This document shows positions 19,551 through 33,472 of a stretch of DNA of 64,000 bases, piece by piece. Under the pieces are notes generated by a model that was given only the letters and a program-made list of their open reading frames with translations, did not search any database and was not told the DNA's origin. The stretch is from Iphione sp. A-MEVVRFRX5 (lineage: Eukaryota). Within the stretch, counting starts at the first letter, position 1; each line of letters opens with the position of its first letter. Location of the stretch: contig OZ320319.1 of the NCBI GenBank assembly GCA_976226885.1, positions 14,880,001 to 14,944,000 of the forward strand, in the 5' to 3' direction. Position numbers and translations under genes: made by a program.

Positions 19551-22094
19551 TTGGTGCAGCATTCATTTTCACACCAGAACAAGTAAAACACTGTGTGATA
19601 GCCAGGTGGCTGGCACCTCAGCAATGGGTCCGATGTACAGTCAAATGTCGATTTGCAACCACCTGTCGGCGCTCAAGTGGTCCGATTAACCATATTGGTC
19701 ACAAATTGGTACTTTGGCTGAATTTGCACGAATTTCACTTCTTTTAGCTGAATTTGCATGAATTTAGCTATTTTCTAAACAAATTTGCCTGAATTTCCCT
19801 GGTATTTTGGCCAAATTCGCATCAATTTTGCTGGGTTTTTTTGCTAAATTTGTATGATTTTCACGGTCTAAGACTACTGATTCATGCCCTAAACCTGCCG
19901 ATTGATGGTCTATACCTGCCTTGAGTGGCTGTGTGAATGTTAGAATGTATCATGTAGCAGGCATGGGTGTCATCATCTGTAAACTGCAAGGGTGAGTCGT
20001 TTGAGACAAATAGAAACATGAGCAGCGGTATGAGCAGGTTACAGAACAGGTTGGTGATGATATCAGTGTACAAAGCAGCCGAAAGCAATGATATAAGTTT
20101 GCACGGTAATAGTATACACTATCCTATAGCCTGATGCAAGAACACGCTTCCCTACCTATACAAGCTGTGTGGTGTTTCATAAACTTAATGCTTCTCTATC
20201 TCTTCCTAAACTAATTAAACTGGATCCGACACTTCCACGTGTTCGAGGTGTGGTCGTCGTTTACATGGGCACTGTCTGTTATGGGGATGGGGATGGATTA
20301 TAGTAGAAATTCAGTATACATGAGCTCTAAAAACTGGGTCGGTTAAGCCAGTATTGTCGATTACGTGGTTGTTGGTTACTGAGTAACCAATGCTTACAAC
20401 TTCTGGTCCATTTAAAATTAATGGATAAGAGTCATGCATGGGTCACAAAATTGAATGTATCTTTTAAATAAAAGCGAATAGCACCTTTGTGTAATAGCAT
20501 CTACACATTGACATGTACTATTCACACAACATGTGTCTAATCTATTCTTCACCACATGGTGATCAGCATACACACATCCGTCACGCAGGTGTCGTCTCTT
20601 AAACGCATCCGTTTAAAGGACACGGTAACATGTTGTTGTTTACGCCCATCCAGTCTATTGTGTACGTTTTATAGTTTTATGTGTGTATGTACTTTTAAAC
20701 GAGAGGGGCTACAAGTGAGTCCATAACAAGCCATTTAAATAATCTATGTTAGGCTACGTTACTCCAGATTGTTCATGCTGCCAGTGAGAAGTGTTGTTGC
20801 ATCTTATAAACATCAGAAAAAAATATAATATGTTTATTACAATTCTGAGAAGAATCAATAAATCATCCAATTCAGGCAGTGTCCTTGCTACCTCTAGAAT
20901 GAGAGACATACGTGAGCATTGAAGCACGTTTGTGTCTATGACTGCAACATAGTGTTGCAGAGGAGTGGAGGAGGGAGGGCTAGTGTACATTCAGCAGAGG
21001 GTTTGGGGCAGAGGGACCGAGGATTGTGGAGGGGCAGAGGAAACGTTTTTTTATATAAGGGGGTTTGCATAGGGGTTTTTAGCAGTTGTTGGATTGTACC
21101 ATTGCTTGCTGGATGTTCTTCAGAAATAAAACCACTCGTTAATTGTACTTAATTGTACCAAAAAAGATCCACACAAATGTCAGGTACACAACTGCGCACC
21201 AATGCTTATTCACGTTTTCTACTATTTACATATTTGTGTCCTAGTGGCTGCATCCAATCAGATGATAGTAAAGTTTTTCAACAGATTGCAACGTTGGTAT
21301 TTCACAATAAAAGGCATTTACACAATATGTTGCTTAAATGCTAATTATTGTTATGAAATCTTCATCTGGAATGGGTGATTTCACAACAAGTTTCTACACA
21401 GAAGATGGAACGTTCCTCCATCTTGGCCAGAAGATGGAATAACGATATTGCCAGTATACCACTACATTTACCACATAATAATCTTAATACCTGAGTGAGA
21501 AGGAGTAAGAAAAAGGAGAAAGCGTTTCTTGTGTTTGGACGCATTCATTGGGGTGATAGCACACTTTGCTACGTCTCCATAGCATCCAACATTTTCAAAA
21601 GAAATCAGCAAATCATTAAGGCGGTATCTAGCGCTTACTATGGCACATAATTATGTAGACTCTGCTGTCTAGTTCTAATAATTTGCCGGCTTATCAAACA
21701 TGTAACAAAAAATCAAGACATTTTACTTGTATTTGCAAGACTCATCATTGAATCAATTAAGAATTTTGCCTGGTATCCAAGGATAACCATATAGGATGTA
21801 TATTTGTCAAATATCAAAGTGCCATCTTCATAGTGAATTCGTAGTAAATAGATCCAGAAACGATGAGATATGTACAGGTGGCCCCCCCTACCGCACTCGC
21901 TGTATCCAGAATATCTTCATAACCAGACAGATTTTAACTAACCAAGTGTTTCTCTGTATAAAATGTACTATTTAACCGGATATTCACTTTCCATAACCGG
22001 AGTGCATTTAATGACATTCTTACATGCTTTACTATGGGAAATACAGACAGTTAACCGGACTGGAGAGAACAAAGGAAGCATCAGAGACGTGCAA

Positions 22095-22340
22095 AATTAT
22101 ATAACAGCAGCAAGCAGGCCAGACCCTCCTAAACGTAGAAACAACAGAGCACAGAGCAACTATCAGAGGTTAAAAGTCAAATACAGACGCGCGAAACTAT
22201 TATATAACAGCAATATCCCGGCCAGACCCTCCTAAACATAGATACAACAGAGTGCAGAGTGACTATCAGAGGTTAAAAGTCAAATACAGATGTGCGAAAT
22301 GATTATATAACAGCAATATGCAGGCCAGACTCTCCTAAAA
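22095..22340. repeat. Tandem repeat, unit about 100 bp, about 2.5 copies
   Basis: ATTATATAACAGCA...GGCCAGACCCTCCTAAA...ACTATCAGAGGTTAAAAGTCAAATACAGA repeated. Confidence 0.85.
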
Positions 22341-22809
22341 GAAGAGACAACATGTGGCAGAGAACAAAGAAATGATAGATTCTCCCTGAAATTTGCAGTT
22401 ATTTGTGACTTTCTCCTTGAAATTTGCTGTTTTTGACACTTTCTCCAAGGAATATGCCTCAATCTCCATGAATATCGATTAGGTTCCTATACTTTACTAT
22501 TATGATAGTTTTCCCCATCAGGAGATGTAGGGTGCGCTTTTCCCCACTCCGGAATCTTCGTCATCTGTACAAATTTTCACATTCTGGTACCCCTCCGGAA
22601 AGCGAGTCTCGTCTGTACATGTATACATGCACCAAGTGGCAATAAATGCCATCCTAATGTCCTTTGCACTTCTTGTCTGGTAGTATATGGTCTACTGCAT
22701 AAATCTCTTCATATTCCGTCGTGATATTCTTGCCTACCAGTGAAGAAATGATTCGCCCTTTTGAAAAAGCGGCGCCTTGACCACTATATCATAATACTGG
22801 TCACAGATA

Positions 22810-23343
22810 CAGTAGAGCCTCCCTTAGGAGACCAAGCTTGGGACTGGCTGGTTTTGGTCTCTCCTAGGAGGTAGTTTCTCCCCTGTGAAGCAATTCATAC
22901 CTCTTTCAGATGTGGGGAGTGAGAGTTATGCCTCTCTGCGGTGTTGAAACTCTTTAAATAAACTAGAATTCACCCTCTTCCAGGTGTGGGGACTGAGGAC
23001 TTGCCTATCTAGGGTGTTGAAACCCTTCAAACAAGCCAGAATTCACACCTCTTCCAGGTGTAAGTAGTGAGGTCCTAGGTGTAGGGAACAAGGTAATACC
23101 TTTCCAGGATGTTGAAAACCTTCAAACAAGCATCATGTTGTATATTTGGTCTCTTCTGTGAAGCAATATGGGTCATTTGGGACTGAAAAACTTGGTCTCT
23201 TGCCTGAAATAGTCTTCCCTATGAAGCCTTAATTTACACATAAGAAATGTACATGTACTAAAATTTGATTGACTCTGACCAATTTTGGTGTCTCCCCTGG
23301 TTTGGTCTCCCCTGTGAAATGGTCTTTAACCGAGGCTCCACTG
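22810..23343. mobile_element. Tc1/mariner (pogo/Tigger-like) MITE
   Basis: TA-flanked TIRs CAGTAGAGCCTC and GAGGCTCCACTG (1 mismatch). Related GGAGACC-rich fragments at about 26190-26350, 28800-28970, 29424-29510 and 54770-54880. Confidence 0.8.
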
Positions 23344-24017
23344 TATAGTATCATGCACTTGCGAATTTAGAATTGTGTAACTCCCTTGTATTCCCATCTT
23401 ATATCATCGGCCATAAGGCAAATTAAGGAAGCGTCACTTCGCAAGGTGGCGCTCCTCATGCTAATTATTACCGACCTTTGACCTGCATCTATTCTATAGT
23501 CTTTGCATGGGGGTTCAGATTCAAAATCCGCTCCGTATTCCTCTGTGGACAACTTCTACCCGTCCACACTGAAAAGAGTGGTGTTTTGTTTATCGATTGA
23601 GTTTGAACTTCGTAATTATGTCGTACGTGTTGAGGCCCAGTTGCATTTAGCGGTACGCATTAGGAAAGTAATGAGACTTGACGTCTGGGCCTCCCGTGGT
23701 ACCCCATTATTATCACCCCCGTCCTCTTCTGTAGCTATGGGGTACCAGTATAGGTGGGCGATAATACAGGTATTCAAGTCCGCCGGCCTTGGTCGCCATC
23801 ACTGCCAATGCGTTCTCTTGTTCTACTCGGGCGAAGGAGAGTTCGCCAATCTCTTGCCCCGCCCTCTGGTGGTAGCGAAGGGTATAGGGGGAGTGGCTTT
23901 CCCACGCGTCCACCAGTGTCTCATTGACTTCCTCATTGCACTCTTACTCTCCACTCAATAACCCTCCTCCCCTCCTCTAACCACCCATCACTGGTGTAGG
24001 ACCCTCTATCATTTCAG

Positions 24018-24032
24018 CCGCCGCCCGTCCCG
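24018..24032 (+). other. Candidate 15-nt microexon of an unidentified host gene
   Basis: TCATTTCAG|CCGCCGCCCGTCCCG|GTAAGT, with an upstream pyrimidine-rich tract and a CTAAC branch-point-like site about 40 nt upstream. Confidence 0.45.
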
Positions 24033-24528
24033 GTAAGTAGTATCATTTGTTCATCTTAGGGCATGCTCGGGCTCTTTGTTCACTGCGCGTTCTTCCCGAT
24101 TTCTGTTGATAAAAAATTAAACAATTCCAGACCTAAAGGCAAAACAGATGGTCAAGTCTAATCAACCTTAGAGATAAGATGTACAAAGCAGAGTAAATCT
24201 AACCTCATGTAAATGTCCATAATTATGTGTTGTACGTACAGGGAAATGTAAGGACCGTTTGAATTTATAATAACGTACTGTCCACTCAGGAGGAGCCTCC
24301 TGCTGAATAAATTTTGTACTACTAACAGAGAAAGATGGTAAAATTATGACCACGTTCATGTCACTGCTGGGTGATCCTGGTTACAATGAGAGAATGGTTA
24401 CATTCTCGGGAGTTTATACACATTTACCACTTTATTCTATTACAGGCTATATAGTATTGAGGAGCAGCAAGGCAGGTTATATTCCCTCCGAACCTCATGT
24501 CCCTTACACTGATATTTAATTTGAGTAA

Positions 24529-24723
24529 GCCCTAAACAAAAAATATCTGTGTTTCCAGTAACCCAACTGACCCTATTTTTGGTGCTAATGGAAATTATTT
24601 TATTCTTGTTTTGTGAATTCTCAGCAATGAATAAAGATAGAGACTCATATGACACACCACCGACCTACCGACCCTCTAGTTTTTTCAGCTTGTTACCAGA
24701 AACACAGAACTTTTTTTTAGGCC
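24529..24723. mobile_element. Short MITE with subterminal inverted repeats
   Basis: CTGTGTTTCCAGTAAC and GTTACCAGAAACACAG are inverted, and the element ends in TAGGCCTA. A related fragment lies at about 42980-43020. Confidence 0.6.
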
Positions 24724-24897
24724 TACATTTATTGAAGAGAATGGAAGCCATGAGACTTGAAATACATGTGTTACATCATCAAGCAGGACAGTAAAAGGGG
24801 ATGATGGAGAGTTGGCAATATGGGATAAAGTGGGAATGGTGCAAATTAGTCATTACGTGAATTGTGTAGCAATTGCCCCACACATATGAAACAGGTA

Positions 24898-25074
24898 CAG
24901 CTGAGTCTCTATTTACGACCATATCATTTTGCGACCATTCTCTATTTAAGACCATTTTAGTTGGGAACAAAAATCATAGTTTCTATACATTTAATACTCT
25001 ATTAAAGACCAAATTTGCCATTAAGCCCATTTGAGCTTAATCCTATTTGGTGGTCATAAATAGAGACTCGACTG
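24898..25074. mobile_element. Tc1/mariner-type MITE
   Basis: TA-flanked inverted ends CAGCTGAGTCTCTATTTACGACC and GGTCATAAATAGAGACTCGACTG. A second copy is at 56166-56330. Confidence 0.8.
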
Positions 25075-25440
25075 TATATATATTTATGTTATCATGGAGA
25101 CATGATGGGCTTGCCGTTGGTTACTGTGGACTGGCATGCCCTGTGATCTGTAGTCAGCACTCTTACCAGCTGTGAGCCAGTTCCCCATCCTGCCCTTTCA
25201 GGTTCGCGGAGTTTACCCTAGGTGGCGTCATTCAACATTAATGCTAAACGTCCCTCTTGAGGTGGAAAGAGGAAAAGAGAGGTGATGGGGAGGTGGTAGT
25301 TTACATGCAAGTCTTAAAAACAAGATGTCATGACAGGTTCATTGATGTTACTACATACAATTGAAATCAGTCTATTGTTTATCATTTTACTGTCTCATAC
25401 CTTTTGTCTTTTTTCACCTTTACATATTCTTTATTTGTAG

Positions 25441-25481
25441 GTCTCAGTTACTCTGCTCATTATGAACGCTACAAGGCCCAC
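25441..25481 (+). other. Candidate 41-nt coding exon (xLSYSAHYERYKAH)
   Basis: Long polypyrimidine tract ending TTTGTAG at 25440 and donor CAC|GTACGT. Open frame in phase 1 to 0. Confidence 0.4.
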
Positions 25482-26423
25482 GTACGTGAAAACAAAAGGA
25501 TATTTTCATATGAAACCTTGATATTTGTACAATTCCGCAGGACTTTTTTTACTCCCCTTTCCCCTTAGTTCAAGGGCCTTATGCCAAGTGGAAGAAGCTC
25601 CGTTAGTCCCTCGGTGTTCACACTGACCAGCTACCAAGCAGCCTCACTGTCTTTGCCACGACCCAAACACTCACTTCCCACCTCCACCCAGGACGGCTGG
25701 CCAATATTTAAGGGGTCTGTTTAGCACCTCTGGAAAGGCTGTTTACCCATTACAAAGTCGTCCGGTGACACAGTCGCGTTATGATTGTAACATCTAGGAC
25801 ATTCCGTAGACCTAACCCCGACCACAATGCTAACCATGATACGCTCATGCACCTATCACTGATTGTTTAATAAATGTGTACTGCGGACGTCACTTTTACT
25901 AATTGTAACGTCATAATTAGAATGGACCAAGCAAAATGGCATAGAATTTTGACAATTTTGCGCTAAGTAAAAGTTACCTCAGTAGTACTGGCACTGGGTC
26001 TATTCTGACCCTAACGCTAAGAATCATTGTTATCTGCATGTAACATTGTTCCTGTATGTATGGCTGTCATATAGGGTATATTACCAGCACACAGAATGTC
26101 ACATGCCAGTGCTTGGCTGCCCTGTTGGTATACATGGTGTAGGCATAGTGAATCTCCAATCGTTGGTTCCTCTCGTCATTATACCCATATAGAGTGGACT
26201 CTCAACTAAAGATGAGATCCCAAGGGAGACCAAATTGCAGGGGAGACCACTACACCATTGTCACAAATAGTTAATTTCCTATATAAAAAGAGACCTCAGG
26301 GGAGACCACATCACAGGGGAGACCATATTTCTTCAGTCCCAGAGGTGGTCTCCTAAGCGGGAATCCAGCAATAGCTTGAGGACAAGAGGCCACACCCCTG
26401 TCCTCTTATCTCCATGCAACTAA

Positions 26424-27189
26424 TGGCTGGGTGTTCATTCAAATGTGGGCGGTCACACTCTATAGATAAGACCTATGACTTGAATTTTTGCATGCAGGTT
26501 CCCCTATCTTATCAGTGTGATTTCCGTAGGTGTCTTCAGGAAAATGGGGTGTTCGTTCGCCATTGACACTAGATGAGACTGTGCTTCCTGAGACACCTCC
26601 TGAGGTGTCTTGGGTGTCTCACAAGCCCCTGTACGTTCATGAGAGAAGGGTGTATGTGCTATTATTTCTTTGGAAATGGAGCTGTATGGTGTGTTTGATG
26701 AAATGGAGGAACATGGAAGAGGCAGAGCTGCTGCCAGGAGGAGATTTTACCATGGGTATATTCCCAAACGATTACCAGATTAAAATAATCCCATGGAAAT
26801 GTACTCTGCAGAGGAGGTATGTCAATGTTTTTATTTCTAGCCTTAAACAATACTGGAAATCACTTCATCTATTTCTGCTGCACTGCCTGAGACTAACTCT
26901 ACAGGATACCACATGCCCTGTCTTCTCCCAACATTCATATTTCTCCGTTTTATGGCGACAGGAACATTTCAAAGGGTCATAAATACAATGGACATTCCAT
27001 TTATTTGACATAATTATTACCTGTTCAAAAACTACAGGCATTCACAATCAGTGTGGACAATCTTTCGTAGGTCTTCCGAGGTCCACGGGTCTTCCAGATA
27101 AGAATGAAAATGAACACCCCACAATAAGGTACTATCTGTGGCAAGGTACGACTTGGAAAGATAAGATACGGTAAACCAACACCCGGCCA
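26424..27189. mobile_element. PIF/Harbinger-like MITE with TAA TSD
   Basis: TIRs TGGCTGGGTGTT and AACACCCGGCCA (1 mismatch), with TAA at 26421-26423 and 27190-27192. The paralogous segment at 29424-29716 lacks the insert (empty site). Confidence 0.85.
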
Positions 27190-30100
27190 TAACTGGGACA
27201 TGGGCGCCTCAATGCCCTTATACCAATCTCAGAGTCAAGCGGGTCTTTGCAGCTTCCATGTATGGGGCCAGTCACTCCATTGAAACTGCAACTACTGGCC
27301 TCCCACCTGCTCTGTGGGACTGAAGCCCAGTATCATCAGAATTATTCTGGCCCAAAGCCAAAGAACCTTTGCCCCAAGGAGCACAAACCACAAATGAATC
27401 AATCAGTGCTTTGATTACCCAGATAAAACAGAGATACGTCATGCATGATCAGTTCAGGCCAGTGCTGGGAGGCCAGTCTCAGTTCTAAGTGTCTGCATAA
27501 TTAGTCTATAATATGGCATATCTTTTCCACGGGAACTGGAAAAAAACTATATTACATTTTACCTCCAAGGATCAAATACTGTCTTGAGCGTGTTGACAAC
27601 ACGATACCTATGTTCAAAATTAATAATCAGCCGACCTCGAGAAAGATCAGGACGAAAGAAATAAAAGTAGCCACGTCTATATTATATCTAAATGTCATCT
27701 ATCATTATCCTGTTAAAATCATTTCAGTAAGTGCTGAAAGCCAACTTCGGCCATCTCTTTGATAATTCTATTCGCTCTGTTATTGTCTTGACGTTATTTG
27801 CTGTATCTGTCAGACCTAAGGAGTGGTTGTCTTAATCAGATGTAGTTTTATAGAAAGTTACAGTGTTGAAGGAGACGTCATCCTAATCCTCAGCCTTGTT
27901 GCAGGTTCCTGCTCAATTACACGAGTTGAAACCGAGTCATTATTTTGGACTTTGAATTGGACCCTGTCCTTTTTATCCTAGTCTAAGTGGCAACATAAAC
28001 TGATCATTGGGAGTCTCTCCTTTTTTTTTAGATTCTCGTCTGTAACATACCAGGAAATCAGCCATCTATAAACCTGCAGGTTTTAGTCTGTCTCTGCCTT
28101 GGCCCCGCGCTCCGACTTTCCCACGCTTCGATCTGGATTAAGCCCAGCTTCGCTTTTCGATTCTAATAAACCACCATTATAGTAAAATAACCTCTCCTCT
28201 CTCTCAATCTACTCCCCCCCTCCTCCCAACCCCCCTTAAACATTCTGACAGATCTAAGCGCCTTGGCTACTTATTACCGCTTCCTATACCGTTTTGGCAG
28301 CTAATAAACGGGAATCAACAATCGTTTGGAATTCTCTCTGAAGGTGTCCCCGGAGATCACAAGCGTCAGACGTGGCGCTAATCAGCGTCAACGAGCTGCG
28401 CGTTTTCATTGATCATAACTTGTATTACGGCCAACGGGCCTCGTCGGCTTCGTCTGATGAACCCCCAATTACGACCCACACGTTGGGAACGTCGTGGTAA
28501 TTACTCACTGGGTACCACTCGGCGGCCAAGCTCCATGTCATTTATTTTGTTTTTTTTTATCGCCGTAGGTTCTTCTGTTAGGTATGCGTCCACGTTATGG
28601 CGACAAATCAGGAGAGTTTTTGTTTGTTTGTTTGTTTGTTTGTTTGTTTTTTTTTTTTGGGGGGGGGGGGGTGACAGCACCTGTATATTTTGATGGGAAT
28701 TTATTGTTAAAATTCTGGATGTTATTCAATACACCATTCTCTTGAATATTGCTGTTATATTTCCATAACCAGGCACGAACTTGATTACTATACATGCACT
28801 AGTAACAAATACTCCCGCTTAGGAGACCACCCCTGGGACTGAAGGAATATGGTCTCCCCTGTGATCTGGTCTCCCCTGAGGTCTCTTTTTATATAGGAAA
28901 TATACTGTTTGGTACTATAATATAGTGGTCTCCCCTGCGATCTGGTCTTTAGGTGAGAGCCCACTGTAAATGTAGATAAAACCAGGAGAGTAGATGCACT
29001 TGTTAGTAAAACAGGAACAATTACCTTCCAACAGGTTGTTCCATGCACCTGTAGTAATGGCCCCAGAAGCAATAACTTTTATGTCTGATATCCTTATAGA
29101 TACAATGATCTGATACCAGAAAGCCCACTGACAGAGGATCATTGTCATGGATATGCATCCATATGCATTTATGTGCGGATATATCTGTAAGGACCTTATA
29201 AATGTCTATATAGTTTCACCGCTGAATCGTTGAAAATTTATACAGATCGAAACACGTTTGATGACTTGAACATCGACGTTTTAAGACTTAGTACATAATA
29301 CTTTTCGTGTCTTAATGTGAAATACTCGACTTGTTCCTCAACGTTAGCCAGATTACAGCTTCGTGTATATAATTTGCAATGCTGCATTGGAAAATCACTA
29401 ATATTAATAAAATATATATATCTATTTCCTATATAAAAAGAGACCTCAGGGGAGATCACATCACAGGGGAGAACATATTCCTTCAGTCCCAGAGGTGGTC
29501 TCCTAAGAGGGAACACAGCAATAGCTTGAGGAAAAGAGCCCACAACGCTGTCCGCTTATCTCCATGTGACCACCTGGGACATGGGTGCCTCAATGCCCTT
29601 ATACCAATCTCAGAGTCAAGCAGGTCTCTGCAGCTTCCATGCATAGGGGCCAGGCACTCCATTGAAACTGCGACTACTGGCCTCCAAACTACTCTATGGG
29701 ACTGAAGCCCACTATCTTCGAAACGAGACAAAGTTCAAACCTTCACGCAAAAAAGAAAGAGACGCAGACAGAAACATAAAGCATGTCACACATGGGGAGC
29801 AACAGGTGAATAGACAAGTGTCAGGAATGTATTTATGTAGATACTTTAACACCGCGTGAAACACAGTTACAGAGGAAATCAAGATAGGAGGAAGGTGCTT
29901 TATTGAACAGGGCGCAGGCGCATGATGTACAAACGTTTCGTCAGTGTGTGATTTGATGCTTGTGTGAGTGAAAGTGCATTCTATGCCAGTGTGTGACATG
30001 AATACATTAATTCTGGACTATTTCGACCCCAAAACGTTTTCTAAAGCCTTCTCTAAACGACACCAATATCTTCCCCTGTCTAAGATTGATTTTTATTTGT

Positions 30101-33100
30101 CAATATAAATACATGTGCCAGATTTTTTTTGAAAGAAAGGGTGGAGAGAAAGCGGAAGAAGACAAAGGAAAGAAGGAAGACTTGTGCCATCCATTTACAT
30201 GACTATATACATGTATAAGAGAGGAATGTAGAGAGCTTTAAGAAGTTTGAATAATAGCAGACTTTGGTTAAAGGAGTAGAGAAGGAGTATATCGCAGAGA
30301 GAAAGGGAGAATTGTCTCTGAGACGGGCGCCGGCTCCGGTCAGGCGTGAGGAGATTGAAAGGCCTTCGTTATGTCACGACGGTCGTGCTGCGCGCGGCGC
30401 CGGATCCGGAAATAGATCTCACTGCCCGTTCATACGCAATGAAGCGGAAGCTTATGCTACGGTCGGCTGGGTCTACGCATGCGCATACGCCCATTAAATG
30501 CTCCCCTCCCGCCGCCTACCTGACACCCCCTCCCCACCACCTGCTAATGGGATGGCCTGGTCAATGGCCGTGTTGTACAATTGCTAATTTGCATTTTCAA
30601 TTAAAGTTTAAGTATGTTTCGTGTGTCAGGTCCCATCTGGCCTGATTCCCTAACTCCGATCTTTCATCACGCGGGAGACGGATTGCACTTAAGTACGGTG
30701 CACTCCATGGAAATGAATGAGCTCCTTATCTATAAATTTTTAAAATTGAAGGTCTCGGGACTTGGTTCGCCTACCGGCCTCGGGTATAGTGAATAGAGAG
30801 CGAGAGTCGAGGTATATAAAATAATCAGATAATCAGAAGCTCCTCCCACACGTTTTACGTAATGTTCAGAGTCACCAGTCGCAACAGATACAAGTACCTA
30901 CGTGTTACGTGTTCAGGCTTTCAAACGTATACGTGTAGGACTACGTGCAGGACTACGCGTCAGAACTAAACATGAAGGTTATCTGAGGCTCAGTAACCTT
31001 TTACGTCACTCAACTAAAATTCCCTGAATTTACCATCACTTTTCTTACAAAAGGAGAAATATAATGTCATTACAATGGTCTCTCCAGTGGAGGAGCAGCC
31101 ATGCACTGATAGCCTATCCCGTGCTGGTTATTATACAACCAGCTTCAGTTACGCTATACTTTAATATAAAATGTTGCCCGAAAATAGTACCGTCCATGGT
31201 CATTTCGAAAATCGCACGAGATTTCACGAGATGTAGTATTTTACTAGGCCTGTGCACATGTATATAGATCTCTCTGAATGTGTTGAACCCAAACGGAACT
31301 TGAATAGTGGGGGCGGGGGGAGGGTTCTCCAAAGACGCTTATATTATTTGGAGAAGGAGACGGGAGTAAGGGAAGATAGTAAAGGGAAAAATTCAGAGAG
31401 GAAACGATACATCAAATTCCTTGTATGTTGAATAACCTGTAATCCAGAAGAATTCAGTTCAGAATTCTGCATCTGATTATGATGGTTTCTGTAGATATCT
31501 TGTTAAAATGATTGTTAGAAGCACGTTTCAAAAATGAGTTCAAAATACCTGTATTCTGTTTTTACTTACCTCACCCTCTCACCTTTTCTCCTCGTGAAAT
31601 AAGAGAACAACAGCATACTTATAAAGAAATAACATATCTTTAAAGCCAAGCTTTAAGAATATAAGTGAAGAAAATGGGTGGTAGGTAAATGAACGTCACA
31701 AAATAATGCACTTAGGGAAGGGTTCACTGGTCAAAGACACCAAGAGTTAAGTGTAACGTTGCATGCACTCTTTGTGTTTCGCCCCTCTCCTCCACCGCGA
31801 GAGTGATACAATCTGATACAATTTGATAATTTAACCAATGCATTAGTCTCATTCTACTTAAGGAAAATAATGTAAACCAGGTTTTCCTCATGCTTGTGCA
31901 GTCCTGAATGCTACGCCGATGAGTAATCGCGGCTCTAACGGGGAGACGTGATGCCAGTCCTGAAGGCAGTCTTTCCATGTCTCTGTAGATTATGCACAAT
32001 CTAACCGAGGCTGGGACTGCGGGGGAATCCAATCACACCGTATTTCAATACATCCTGTCCTTGTGTGCATATTTTAAACTCACGGATCCGTGTGCATAGT
32101 CAAAATCGTGTAGGTACCAGTTCCCCTCCCCCCATCTGAAACCATTAACATGATCTGCAATAAATACATTGCATACATTGTTACAGTCGCAACTTAGAAT
32201 TAAGACCACCGATGGGACCAACAAAACTGCCCTTATCTGTCAGTTGCCCTCCTACCTGAGTTGCTATGTTATAGAAAATATACAATTGGGACCAACCGAA
32301 CTTGCTGTTAATCCTGAGTTGCCCTCAGAGTCCAGCTGCCCTCGAAGGTAAGTTGCTACTGTAGTTCTCTGTCGCTCCTTTAGGGCTCTCTCTGTGTACA
32401 TTGTCTCGGTTATGCACACATAGAAATGCCTTGCTTGTGCCCTCCTATGTCGGGATCGTCTGTACTCTCTGCATCCATTCTGAAGTTTTGATACACATGG
32501 AAAGGCCGCCTAAACCTTTGCCCTTCGCTGTCCTTCTCAGGGGCTTCAGATCAATCCTGCTAGTGTAACCAGGGGGCGCTTTATTACATCTATACACCGG
32601 TCCACACTCGTGGATGTATCACTCATCCGAACTGCAAGAACCTGGGGAAGGAATGTTATCACTAGTTAAATGTTTTTTTTTAATAAGATGTGATCTTTTT
32701 TTCCTCTCTATGAAGTACAGATTCCAGCAATGAAGCGTCCGCCCTGGTCTGACTGCCCTCGACAGAAGTCAGCCATTACTTGGCGGGTAAAAACGTGGTG
32801 GCCGCACGTGTATGTGTCGGCGAAGCCTAAATTTCCCTGTATGACTTATGTCTTTCCAATAATTCATATGTCCAAACGTACAACGAGATCGTATCTTGCT
32901 GAAGGCGTGCCCAGGCAACATACTTTCCTCTTTTCATGATCATTTTTTTTCCGAACAATAAAACAACTTTCTTACTAGGAGACTATCCTTTCTAGTTATT
33001 GAATCGAGCATGTCGTTACCACCTCGCGCGAACGTGAAAACTTTGCCCCAACTCATACCGTTGGCGACAAGGAAGAACTTTAAAGACGTTTCTCTTAATA

Positions 33101-33472
33101 GTCACAATTCAGAATGCATAATGAAATATAATATGGTTCGCATTGTAGCAACCCTTTGCAGTAGAACAAACGTTACAACTGTGGGAATCAGTGATGTTAC
33201 AAGTTGGGCATCAGGGGAGTTTCCGGGGTTTGTTACTTATCATGAGAATTGTCCTGGACCTGATTTTAAAATCAAATGTTACCAAACCATGATGTTGAGT
33301 GGTCATTGCTCAGGCAAAGCTACATGGAAATTAAGCCCTTAAGGGAGCTAAAGGGAGACTTAGCACCACAGAAACTTACAGGTGACGTTTGGTACTTGGT
33401 AATGATGTTTACAAAAATAAAAGATAATAAAGAATCAAAGAAAATCTTAACTGGATTTATGAATCTTTGAAA

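Noticed and set aside
23367-23961. ORFs in a GC-richer island, considered as a viral or host coding relic
   Set aside because: No recognisable motif and many stops; better explained as a regulatory island upstream of the microexon candidate.
24025-24042. U1 snRNA-like 5' end on the minus strand (TACTTACC)
   Set aside because: It is just the complement of a consensus splice donor; no U1 body follows.
28454-28495. Second hammerhead-like motif (CTGATGA...GGGAACGTC)
   Set aside because: The GAAA box is incomplete and stem II is not properly registered.
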